This document shows positions 9,541-18,843 of a stretch of 64,000 nucleotides of DNA, in pieces. The DNA lies in contig CAVSAC010000012.1 in assembly GCA_963725865.1 (NCBI GenBank), forward strand, positions 192,001-256,000. Reading direction: 5' to 3'. Under the pieces are notes generated by a model. The model saw only the letters and a program-made list of their open reading frames with translations. It had not been told where the DNA came from and made no database searches. The position numbers and the translations under genes are program-made. This stretch comes from Candidatus Eiseniibacteriota bacterium (GTDB lineage Bacteria > Eisenbacteria > RBG-16-71-46). Every line of letters begins with the position of its first letter. The stretch's first letter is position 1.

Positions 9541-9778
9541 AGCACCGCCAACGCCCATCCGCCCCGGCGCTGCCCGCGCCGGCGCGCGCTCCGCCGCCCC
9601 GAATAGGGCCCCGCGCGTGTATCAGCGCCGCCCTGACGTCCACCTCTGATTCGGGAAGCCTCCTGGGCTGCGAAGGGTCGGAGGGGAGGCGGGCGACGTG
9701 GTCCCAACCGGGCTGCGGCGTCCGCACCGGCCCTTCGCCCCGCTTCCCGAGCGCGGACGCGCGATGGCGCGACTGCGC

Positions 9779-9862
9779 CACCCGCGCGCCGCTCGAGCGC
9801 GCACCCGCGCGCCGCTCGAGCGCGCGCACCCGCACGCCGCTCGAGCGCGCGCACCCGCACGC
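9779..9862. repeat. Tandem repeat, about 3.5 x 23-25 bp
   Basis: CACCCGC[G/A]CGCCGCTCGAGCGCG(CG) units starting at 9779, 9802, 9827 and a partial unit at 9852. Confidence 0.85.
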
Positions 9863-10002
9863 ATCGACACCAGCCGGCGCACCGCGGGCGCCCCTACCTT
9901 TGCTCGCAGGGCGATCGACCGTTGCGCCGCGACCGTGCGCTGCGGCATCATCGGTCGCGCTCGTCCGGCCGCGTCCCTGGTTCACCTCGAAGGTGCCCCC
10001 AC

Positions 10003-12066
10003 ATGCACACGCTTCAGCCCGCCCGCATCAAGCCCGGAGTGACACTCGCCACGCTGCCCGGCCCACGCCCGTCCGACATCGCCTCCGTCGCCGGCAGCGG
10101 CGGCCGGCTGGTGCGCGGCACCGCGCTGATCTTCTGGGACCCGAAGACGCCGGGGAAGAAGCTCGACGCCATCGACACCGACCAGATCACGCCGGCCGCC
10201 GACTGCGTCAGCGAGAGCCTCGAGACGCTGGACGAGCGCTGGAAGGCGGGCTCGTTCCGCTACCTGATGCCCGACTTCCGCGCGCGCGTCCACCGCGGCG
10301 AGACGTTCCTGATCGCGGGGGATCGCTTCGCGATCGGCTCCTCGCGCGAGATGAGCCCCGCGGGGCTCAAGGGCGTGGCGGAGGAGAAGGGCCTCGAGTT
10401 GGTGGTGGTGTGCGGGAACAACATGGGCGACATCTTCCGGCGCAACGCGTTCAACCTCGGCCTGCACGTGGTGCAGAGCCCCGAGGCGGTCGCCGACGCG
10501 CGCGACGGGGACGCGTTCGAGTTCGATCCCGACTCGCGCCGCCTGGTGAACTCGACGCAGAAGAAGACCTACGAGCCGGTCCCGCTGACCGCGAAGGAGG
10601 ACGAGATCCGCCGCAGCGGCGGCATTTTCGCGGTCGGCCGCCGCGAGTTCCGCGAGTCGGTCGCCCGCGGGCCCGCGGTCGCGTGGCCCGATGCGGCGAC
10701 CGCGCGGCGCCTGACCACGACCGAGCAGATCCTGTGGGCGCACCGCGTCGACCGCGACGCCGAGGTGAAGCCGGGCGCCACGCTGCGCGTGCTCGCCGAT
10801 CTGCTGCCGGCGTCCGACGGCACCGCGCCGTTCTCGATCCACACGTTCAACCAGATCACCGGCGGCGCCAGCATCTGGCCGCGCCAGCTCGCGATCGCGA
10901 ACGACCATTTCGTGTTCACGGGCCTCGCGGCGGACGACAAGCAGACCTCGATCGGCCGCGCGTTCGCCACCCTGCACGAGATCGAGAAGCCCTACTACGC
11001 GACGCCCGGCGACGGGATCTTCCACTTCTACTTCCCCGAGCAGGGCCTGGTGCAGCCGGGCATGATGATCCCCGGCGCCGACTCGCACTCGCGCGCGTAC
11101 GGCGCGTACGGCGCGATCGGCATCGGGGTGGGCTCCACCACGCTCGGCTTCGGCTGGAGCACCGGCTACATCTACACCACGGTCGCAGCGCCGCGACGCG
11201 TGACGTTCCGCGGCGCGCTGCAGCCATGGGTGACCGGCAAGGACCTGGTGCTCGAGCTGCTGCGGCGCTGGGGCGCCAAACAGTCGCAGGGCATGAGCGT
11301 CGAGTTCGTCGACGGCGACCGCCAGCTGCCGATCGCGTTCCGCAACACGATCTGCAACATGATGGCCGAGGCCGAGAGCTGGAACGGCATCTTCGCGCCC
11401 GACGACATCACGTATGCGTGGTTCCGGGCGAAGGGCATGACCGAGCTGCCGTACCCGGGCGCGTCCTCCGGACGGGCACCCCTCGCGCCCGGCGCCGACG
11501 TGGCGTGGGCGATCGACGAGACGCTGTCGCTGCCCGACGTGCGGCCGATGATCGCCAAGCCATTCAGCCCCGGCAACGCGTTCGCGGCCGAGGAGGTGGC
11601 GAAGGAGCGCCTCACGTTCGACAAGGCGATGATCGGCTCCTGCACCAACGGCGGCTACGACGACCTGCTGAGCGCGGCGCTCGTGATCCGCGCCGCGCGC
11701 GCGCAGGGCGCCACGAAGGCGGCGAAGGAGTTCGTGATCTTCCCGGGCTCCGGCGGCGTGAAGCAGCAGATCGAGCGCCCCGATGCGCGGCTCGGCGGCG
11801 AGAGCATCGCCGAGGTGTTCCGCTCGGTCGGCGGGCAGATCCGCCAGAGCTGGTGCGGCCCCTGCTTCGGCCAGGGCCCCGACGCGCTCGCGAAGGGCGA
11901 GCGCGCGATCACGACGTTCAACCGCAACTGGACCAACCGCATGGGCCTCGGCGGCGAGGGCTACCTCGCGAGCCCGTGCGTGGTGGCCGCGAGCGCGCTG
12001 CTCGGCTACATGGCGCCGCCGAGCGAGCTGGGCCTGGCGTGGGAGGCGGAGGCGTTCGCGGTTTAG
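10003..12066 (+). CDS. Aconitase-family hydro-lyase, LeuD-like swivel domain fused N-terminally to a LeuC-like domain
   Basis: IDTDQITPA, GSSRE, IFRRNAFNLG (small subunit), then DH, GADSHS, GSCTNG, CGPCFG, NRNW (large subunit with three Fe-S Cys). Confidence 0.88.
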   Translation: MHTLQPARIKPGVTLATLPGPRPSDIASVAGSGGRLVRGTALIFWDPKTPGKKLDAIDTDQITPAADCVSESLETLDERWKAGSFRYLMPDFRARVHRGETFLIAGDRFAIGSSREMSPAGLKGVAEEKGLELVVVCGNNMGDIFRRNAFNLGLHVVQSPEAVADARDGDAFEFDPDSRRLVNSTQKKTYEPVPLTAKEDEIRRSGGIFAVGRREFRESVARGPAVAWPDAATARRLTTTEQILWAHRVDRDAEVKPGATLRVLADLLPASDGTAPFSIHTFNQITGGASIWPRQLAIANDHFVFTGLAADDKQTSIGRAFATLHEIEKPYYATPGDGIFHFYFPEQGLVQPGMMIPGADSHSRAYGAYGAIGIGVGSTTLGFGWSTGYIYTTVAAPRRVTFRGALQPWVTGKDLVLELLRRWGAKQSQGMSVEFVDGDRQLPIAFRNTICNMMAEAESWNGIFAPDDITYAWFRAKGMTELPYPGASSGRAPLAPGADVAWAIDETLSLPDVRPMIAKPFSPGNAFAAEEVAKERLTFDKAMIGSCTNGGYDDLLSAALVIRAARAQGATKAAKEFVIFPGSGGVKQQIERPDARLGGESIAEVFRSVGGQIRQSWCGPCFGQGPDALAKGERAITTFNRNWTNRMGLGGEGYLASPCVVAASALLGYMAPPSELGLAWEAEAFAV

Positions 12067-12088
12067 CACCGGCGCGCGCCCGCCCGCC

Positions 12089-14533
12089 TCAGCGCACCGT
12101 CACCAGCCGCCGCGCGGTGCGCGCGCTTCCCGCACGCAGCTCGCACAGGTAGACGCCGGGCGGCAGCCGGCGCGCATCGAGCGGCACCGAGTGCCAGCCC
12201 GCGTCGAACCACGCGCGGTCGAGCGGCCGCGCCCGCTCGCGGCCCGCGAGATCGAAGATCCGCAGCGAGACGTCGGCACCCGCCGGCAGCTCGAAGCGCA
12301 GCGCAAGCAACCCGCGCGCGGGGTTCGGCGCGATCGCGAGCGACAGCGATCGCGCGCGCGTGCCCGGGCCCGGGCCGACTCCGGCGGTGGCCGGATCCTG
12401 GATCGCCACCAGGTACGACTGCGGCTGCCCCGACGCGAACGCGAAGTTGCCGCCTGCCCACACGGTGCCGGGTGCCGCGAGCAGGCACTGCACGTCGCTG
12501 CCGCAGGTCGGATCCCACGCGGTGAAGGCGCCGCTCGTGGCGTCCATCGAGCACACGAAGAAACGGGTCAGCGCGCCGTTGTTCACGAGCGTGAACTGGC
12601 CGCCGGCGTAGAGCGACCCGCCGGTCACCGCGAGCGCGCGGACGGTGTTGCCGATCACGCCGCTCCACGGCAGCAGCGCGCCCGAGGCGCCGTAGCGCAC
12701 CACGCTGCCCGTGAACGCTCCGCCCACCGTGTTGAACGCGCCGCCGACGTACACGATCGAGTCGCGCGCCACCAGCGCGAACACGTCGTTGTTCAGCACT
12801 CCGCCCCACGCGGCCGCCGCCCCGCTGGCGGGATCGAGCTTCGCAAGATGGCTGTGTGCGATACCGCCCATCTGCGTGAACGAGCCGCCCGCGTAGAGCG
12901 CAGCGCCGTCGGTCGCGAGCGCGTACACGATCGCGTTCGCGTTCGGATCGAACGTCGTCGCGAGCCCGCTCCCCAGGTCGAACGCGCCGAGGCGGCTGCG
13001 CGCCTGAGAGCCGAGCGTGGTGAACGTGCCGCCGACGTAGAGCAGCGGACCGGCCGCCAGCGTGGTGTACACGATCCCGTTGGTGCCCGGGTTCCAAGCC
13101 GTCAGCGCGCCGCTCGCGAGCTGGAACGAGGCGAGCGAGGCGCGCGACTGGCCGCCGGCGCTCGAGAACGCGCCGCCGACGTAGAGCGAGTCGCCCTGCA
13201 CCGAGAGGGTGTAGACCGCGTTGCTCGCGCCGGGATTCCAGCTGGTGGCCGCGCCGGTCGCCAGGTCGAGGGCCGCGAGTCGCGTGCGGAACACCCCGCG
13301 CGCGCTGCTGAAATCGCCACCCGCCTGGAAGCCGCCGCCGGTCGCGGCGAGCGAGTAGACCACGCCGTTCGCCCCGGCGCCCCAGTCGAGCGCGGTACCG
13401 GTCGCGGCGTCGAATCCGGCGAGATAGCGCCGAGAGATCGAACCGTTCACCTGCGAGAACGTGCCGCCCGCCGCCACCACGCCGCCGGCGACGGCGAGCG
13501 CGTTGACCTGGCCGTCGGGATTCGGATTCCACGCCGTGGCGGCGCCGAAGTTGCCGGCGTCCAGCGCCGCGAGGCGGCTGCGACTGGCCCCGCCGATGGC
13601 GGTGAAGGCGCCGCCCGCGTACAACGTCGAGCCGCTGATGGCGAGCGCGTACACCGTGCCGTTCGAGTTGGGGTTCCAGCTCGGCAGCGCCAGTCCGGTG
13701 CTGGTGTCGAGCGCCGCGATGCAGTTGCGGGTGGCGCCGCCGATGGAGTTGAAGCCGCCGCCCACGTAGAGCGTGGGGCCCGCGAGCAGCAGCGACCACA
13801 CGATGCCGATCGAGTTCGGATTCCACGTGCCGAGGGTGCCGGTGTCGAGCGCGAACGCGGCGATGCCGCGGCGGGTCTGGCTCGCGATGGTGTTGAAGTC
13901 GCCGCCGACGTAGAGCAGCTCGCCGCTCGCCTCCAGCGCCCGCACGGCCGCGTTCGGCGCGGGGTTCCACGCCATCACCGTGCGGCTGTTCAGGTCGATC
14001 GCGCCGAGCCGGTTGCGCGTCATGCCGCCGATCGAGCTGAAATCGCCGCCCACGTAGAGCGTCGAGCCGGAGCGGCGCAGCGCGCGCACCACGCCGTTGG
14101 TCGCCAGCGTCCATGCGGCGTCGCGCGTGCCGTCGGGCAGCAGGTGCGCGAGGTAGGTCTGCACGGCTCCGCCGACGTACGCCATACGGCCGCCCACATA
14201 CCAGCCGCCCGCGCCATCGTCCGCGAACGCGAGCACGCCGTTGTCCACTCCGACCTGCGCGGAGATCCGAGCCGCCGGCGCCGTCGGCGTGCCGGTCGCC
14301 GGGTCGATCGCGGTGAACGCGCCGGTGGCGGGCCCGAGGTAGTCGAACGTGCCGCCCAGGTAGAGCGTGTTTCCCGCGCGCGCCATCGCGTAGACCGTGT
14401 TGTTGGCGATCCACAGATCGGGGCGCACGTTCTCGAACGCGAGGGCGGCGGCCGGCAGCACGCATGCGGCACACGCCGCGATCAGCACGGAGGTCCTGCG
14501 GGCGAAGCGGTCGCGGAAGCTCGGTGGGCGCAT
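12089..14533 (-). CDS. Secreted beta-propeller repeat protein with FlgD-Ig/T9SS-like CTD
   Basis: Signal peptide; 14 xYxGGxF repeats with WNP motifs; CTD APNPARG...FDLAGR...GVYLCEL. Confidence 0.85.
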   Translation of the reverse strand: MRPPSFRDRFARRTSVLIAACAACVLPAAALAFENVRPDLWIANNTVYAMARAGNTLYLGGTFDYLGPATGAFTAIDPATGTPTAPAARISAQVGVDNGVLAFADDGAGGWYVGGRMAYVGGAVQTYLAHLLPDGTRDAAWTLATNGVVRALRRSGSTLYVGGDFSSIGGMTRNRLGAIDLNSRTVMAWNPAPNAAVRALEASGELLYVGGDFNTIASQTRRGIAAFALDTGTLGTWNPNSIGIVWSLLLAGPTLYVGGGFNSIGGATRNCIAALDTSTGLALPSWNPNSNGTVYALAISGSTLYAGGAFTAIGGASRSRLAALDAGNFGAATAWNPNPDGQVNALAVAGGVVAAGGTFSQVNGSISRRYLAGFDAATGTALDWGAGANGVVYSLAATGGGFQAGGDFSSARGVFRTRLAALDLATGAATSWNPGASNAVYTLSVQGDSLYVGGAFSSAGGQSRASLASFQLASGALTAWNPGTNGIVYTTLAAGPLLYVGGTFTTLGSQARSRLGAFDLGSGLATTFDPNANAIVYALATDGAALYAGGSFTQMGGIAHSHLAKLDPASGAAAAWGGVLNNDVFALVARDSIVYVGGAFNTVGGAFTGSVVRYGASGALLPWSGVIGNTVRALAVTGGSLYAGGQFTLVNNGALTRFFVCSMDATSGAFTAWDPTCGSDVQCLLAAPGTVWAGGNFAFASGQPQSYLVAIQDPATAGVGPGPGTRARSLSLAIAPNPARGLLALRFELPAGADVSLRIFDLAGRERARPLDRAWFDAGWHSVPLDARRLPPGVYLCELRAGSARTARRLVTVR

Positions 14534-14640
14534 CCGGGGTCACCTCCGATATGGGTCGCTGGAGCGGGCGCCTGCGGGCGAGCCGGGCGGTCGCCGGGTC
14601 GCGGCCGCGCCTTCGCCGATCACGCGTGACGGGGAGGAGT

Positions 14641-16130
14641 ATGAGTCATCCGGGCACCCCTCCGGACATCCATTCTCCGCGGCGGCGGAGCAGGCTCCGC
14701 TGCTGGCCACCTGGCCGACGATGAACCGGACCCACATCGTGTTCGTCTACGGCGGCACGCTCTGGAGCGTCCCGCGCGACGGCGGGGACGCGCGCCAGCT
14801 CACCACCGGGGGCCACGAGACCCGCCCGGTGTTCTCGCCGGATGGCCGCTGGCTCGCGTTCACCGGCCAGTACGACGGCAACGTGGACGCGTACGTGATG
14901 CCCGCCGAGGGCGGCGAGCCGCGGCGACTGACCTGGCATCCCGCGCCCGACGTCGCGACCGGCTGGACGCCGGACGGACGCCGCGTGGTGTTCGCCTCGC
15001 CGCGCGAGGCTTACTCCGACTTCGATCGCCTCTACACCGTGCCGGCCGAGGGCGGAGTGCCCGAGGCGCTGCCGATGTGGCGCGGCGAGACCGGCTCCTA
15101 CTCGCCCGACGGTACGCGCTTCGCCTACCAGCCGCTCTCGAAGTGGCAGGAGGCATGGAAGCGCTATCGCGGGAGCCAGACCACGCCGATCCTCATCGTG
15201 CGCCTGAGCGACTTGCAGCTCGAGAAGGTGCCGCGCGAGAACTCGAACGACGACCAGCCGCTGTGGATCGGCGACACGGTCTACTTCCTCTCCGACCGCA
15301 ATGGCCCGGTGACGCTGTTCGCCTACGACACCGGTGCGAAGACGGTGCGCCAGGTGCTGCCCAACGACGACCTCGACCTCAAGTCGATCAGCGGCGGTCC
15401 GGACGGCATCGTGTACGAGCAGTTCGGCGGCCTCCACGTGCTCGACCTCGCCACCGGCGCCAGTCACCCGGTCGACATCCGGCTCGCCGGCGATCTGCCG
15501 GCCACCCGGCCGCACTACGTGTAGGTGGCCGATCGCATCGAGAACGCGCGCATCTCGCCGAGCGGCGCGCGCGCAGTGTTCGAGGCCCGCGGCGAGATCC
15601 TCACCGTGCCGGCCGAGAAGGGCGACATCCGCAACCTCACTTACGTGCGGGTGCCCGACACCGGGCGCGACGGCTACGTGAACTTCAACCGGTTCTTCTT
15701 CGCGCAATCGGACCGTCAGGGCGTGATCATCGACGAGCGCTACAACCACGGCGGCTACATCGCCGACTACATCATCGACCTGCTCAAGCGGCCGTTGCGC
15801 AGCGCGGTGACCACCCGCGAGGGTGCCACGTGGTACTCGCCCCTGCAGCAGATCTTCGGGCCGCGCACGATGCTGATCAACGAGATGGCCGGCTCGGGCG
15901 GCGATGCGCTCCCGTGGATGTTCCGCGAGGAGAAGGTCGGGACGCTGGTCGGCACCCGTACCTGGGGCGGGCTGGTCGGCATCGGCAACTACCCGCCGCT
16001 GATCGACGGGGGCAGGGTGACCGCGCCGCGTGCCGCGATCTACGGGCTGCACGGCGAGTGGGAGGTCGAGAATCACGGCATCGCCCCCGACCTCGAGGTC
16101 GAGAACGACCCCGCGTCGGTCGCCGCCGGC
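14641..16130 (+). pseudogene. Tricorn-type S41 protease pseudogene
   Basis: PD40 repeats (FSPDG, WTPDG, YSPDG); in-frame TAG at 15522-15524; abrupt join GDIRNLT|YVRVPDTG; S41 motifs IIDERYNHGG, AGSGGD, GTRTWGG; the RBS-led ATG at 14641 is out of frame. Confidence 0.8.
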
Positions 16131-16228
16131 CCGCGTGGCTCCGTGTTCGTCCGCCTCCTCTGGGACGTAGGGATGGGTGGCCCCACCCTGAGGGCCCTTC
16201 CGAAGACCCTTCCCCCAGGAGGTCATCC

Positions 16229-18655
16229 ATGCGGTCCCGCTGGCTGTTCCCGTTCATCGCCGCCGCGCTGCTCGCCGCGGCGATCCCCGCCCTCGCCGAC
16301 TGGTCGCCCGATCCCTACATCGGCGGACTCCCGCTCAGCTCCACCACCAACGTGCAGGATCAGGCGGTCGGCGTCTCGGACGGCGCGGGCGGCGTCATCC
16401 TCGTGTGGCAGGACCTGCGCAACGGCGTCGACTTCGACCTCTTCGCGCAGCGCATCAATCCCGCGGGCCAGGTGCTCTGGAACGTCACCGGCGTCTCGGT
16501 GTGCGGCGCGGTGGGCGCGCAGACGCAGCCGGTCATCGCTCCGGACGGCGCGGGTGGCGCGATCATCGCGTGGCGCGACTTTCGCAGCGGGTCCAGCTAC
16601 GACGTCTACGCCCAGCGCCTGAACGGCAACGGGGCCGCGCAGTGGGCGCCCAACGGCGTGGTGGTCAGCAACGCGACGGGCAACCAGGACACGCCGGCGA
16701 TCGCGAGCGACGGGGCCGGCGGCGCGCTGCTGGCCTGGCAGGACCTCCGCTCCGGGGTCACGTACGACATCTATGCCCAGCGCATCGGTCCGACCGGCAC
16801 CATGATGTGGGCGGCGAACGGCCTCGCGGTCTGCGTGGCCGGGGGCTCGCAGTGGGCCCCCAAGGTAGTGGTGGACGGCGCGAACGGCATGATCGCGACG
16901 TGGTACGACCTGCGCGGCGCCACCTACGACATCTACGCCCAGCGCGTCTCCGCCGCCGGCAGCGCGCAGTGGACCGCCGACGGGGTCGTGATCTGCAACC
17001 AGACGGGCACCCAGCAGTATCCGACCATCGTCTCCGACCTCACGGGCGGTGCCGTGATCGCGTGGGAGGACCAGCGCAGCGGCAACTCCGACATCTACGC
17101 TCAGCGCGTCGGCCCGGCGGGCAGCGTGTACTGGACCGGCGGCGGCGTGGTCGTGTGCGCCACCACCAACGGCCAGCTGTCGCAGGCGATGGTGACCGAT
17201 GGCTCGGGCGGCGCCATCATGGCGTGGATCGACTTCCGGGCCGTCAGCAACGCGCCGGACATCTACGCCCAGCGGATCAACGCCGCCGGGGGCGCGATGT
17301 GGCCCGCGAACGGCCTCCCGGTGAACTACGACAACACCGGCACCCAGCTGGGACCCGTGAGCGCGGTCGAGGACGGCCTCGGCGGCGTCCTGGTCAACTG
17401 GTCCGACGCGCGCGGCCTGGTCGCATACGACCTGTACGCGCAGCACCTGAACGCCGCGGGCGGCCACGTCTGGAACAATGATCGCCTGATCTGCGGCGCC
17501 GTCGGCGACCAGTACGGCTACTCGCTGGTCTCGGACGGCGAGCACGGGGCCATCTCCCTGTGGAGCGACTACCGGTCCGGGACCGCGAAGGTGTACGCGC
17601 AGGAGCTGAACGCCAGTGGCGAGCTGGGGGACTGCGCGCCGCGCATCGTCTCGGTCCGCGATGTCCCGAACGACCAGGGCGGATTTCTGAACGTGCGCTT
17701 CAACGCCAGCCGCCTCGACGTGGATCCCAATGGCTACCTGCAGTACGTCGTCTGGCGCCAGATCCCGAACGCCGCCGCGCAGGTCGCACTCGCGCACGGC
17801 GCGCGGCTGGACGCCGCCGGCGGGCACGCCACGCGTGCGGGCGAGGGCACGCGCGTGATCCAGCGCACCACCGATCCGAACGGGATCGTCTACTACTGGG
17901 AGCAGGCCGGCTGGGCGGATGCGGTCGGCCATCCGGCGTACGCGGTGGTGATTGAGACCACCAGCGATTCGGTCGCCGGCTCGAATCCGCGCACACTGAT
18001 CCGCGTCGACGCGGACGACTACAACAACGACGTCTTTTACGATTCGACGCCCGACAGCGGCTACTCGGTCGACAACCTGCCGCCCGGCACGCCCGGTCAG
18101 TTCGCCGGCCAGTACGCCGGCGGCAGCACGCAGCTGCACTGGCTGCCCAGCGTGGCAAGCGACCTCGCGGGCTACCGGCTGTACCGCGGCGGCGCGTCGT
18201 TCGTGCCCGGACCGCAGAACCTGGTCGCCTCCCTCAGCGACACCGGCTACGTGGACAATGCCGGCGGCCCGTACGTGTACAAGCTGACCGCGGTCGACTC
18301 GCACGGCAACGAGTCGCCGGTCGCGACCGCGGTGCCGAGCGGCACGCTCGACGTGGCGGGTGCGCCCGGCAGCCTGTTCTTCCTCGCCGCGCCCTCGCCG
18401 AACCCGGCCCACGCCGGCGCCGGCCTGACGCTGCGCTTCGGGCTGTCACGCCGCGGCGAGGCGCGTGTTCAGGTGTTCGACGCGCAGGGCCGGCTGGTGC
18501 GCACGCTCGCCGCCGGGATGCAGGAGCCCGGCGAGCACGCGGTGCGCTGGGACGGCCGCGACGAGGCGCGTCAGCCGCTCTCCGCGGGGCTCTACTTCGT
18601 GCGGCTCGAGGCCGAGTCGCGCACCGCGCACACGCGCGTGGCACTGATGCCGTAG
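16229..18655 (+). CDS. Secreted repeat protein with FN3-like region and FlgD-Ig CTD
   Basis: AGGAGG RBS; signal peptide; 8 repeats of xDGxGGxxxxWxDxR...DIYAQR; DVPNDQGG; CTD PNPA...WDGRD...GLYFVRL. Confidence 0.85.
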   Translation: MRSRWLFPFIAAALLAAAIPALADWSPDPYIGGLPLSSTTNVQDQAVGVSDGAGGVILVWQDLRNGVDFDLFAQRINPAGQVLWNVTGVSVCGAVGAQTQPVIAPDGAGGAIIAWRDFRSGSSYDVYAQRLNGNGAAQWAPNGVVVSNATGNQDTPAIASDGAGGALLAWQDLRSGVTYDIYAQRIGPTGTMMWAANGLAVCVAGGSQWAPKVVVDGANGMIATWYDLRGATYDIYAQRVSAAGSAQWTADGVVICNQTGTQQYPTIVSDLTGGAVIAWEDQRSGNSDIYAQRVGPAGSVYWTGGGVVVCATTNGQLSQAMVTDGSGGAIMAWIDFRAVSNAPDIYAQRINAAGGAMWPANGLPVNYDNTGTQLGPVSAVEDGLGGVLVNWSDARGLVAYDLYAQHLNAAGGHVWNNDRLICGAVGDQYGYSLVSDGEHGAISLWSDYRSGTAKVYAQELNASGELGDCAPRIVSVRDVPNDQGGFLNVRFNASRLDVDPNGYLQYVVWRQIPNAAAQVALAHGARLDAAGGHATRAGEGTRVIQRTTDPNGIVYYWEQAGWADAVGHPAYAVVIETTSDSVAGSNPRTLIRVDADDYNNDVFYDSTPDSGYSVDNLPPGTPGQFAGQYAGGSTQLHWLPSVASDLAGYRLYRGGASFVPGPQNLVASLSDTGYVDNAGGPYVYKLTAVDSHGNESPVATAVPSGTLDVAGAPGSLFFLAAPSPNPAHAGAGLTLRFGLSRRGEARVQVFDAQGRLVRTLAAGMQEPGEHAVRWDGRDEARQPLSAGLYFVRLEAESRTAHTRVALMP

Positions 18656-18843
18656 GCGCGGCAGGCACCTTCGCGATCGCTTCGCCAGGCGCTCGGTCGT
18701 CCGCGGGTTGGCACCCCGCCGGACGGCCGGGCGCCGCCGCGTTACGCCCGAATCGCGCTGCTCGTGCGCGGTGGCGGCCGGGCTCGGCGCGCTCGTGTCG
18801 CCGCTTTGCGCGAGAGTGCCGCGCGCCGTAGGGTGCGCGCTCC

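Noticed and set aside
9779..9862. Possible CRISPR array
   Set aside because: Units are directly abutting with no unique spacers, and no cas genes are present
10003..12066. Gene symbol leuC, leuD or acnB
   Set aside because: Architecture and motifs fit none exactly; substrate unknown
15522..15524. Programmed amber readthrough (pyrrolysine or recoding) in tricorn
   Set aside because: The gene has other independent lesions, TAG is a normal stop in many genes here, and no pyl genes are seen
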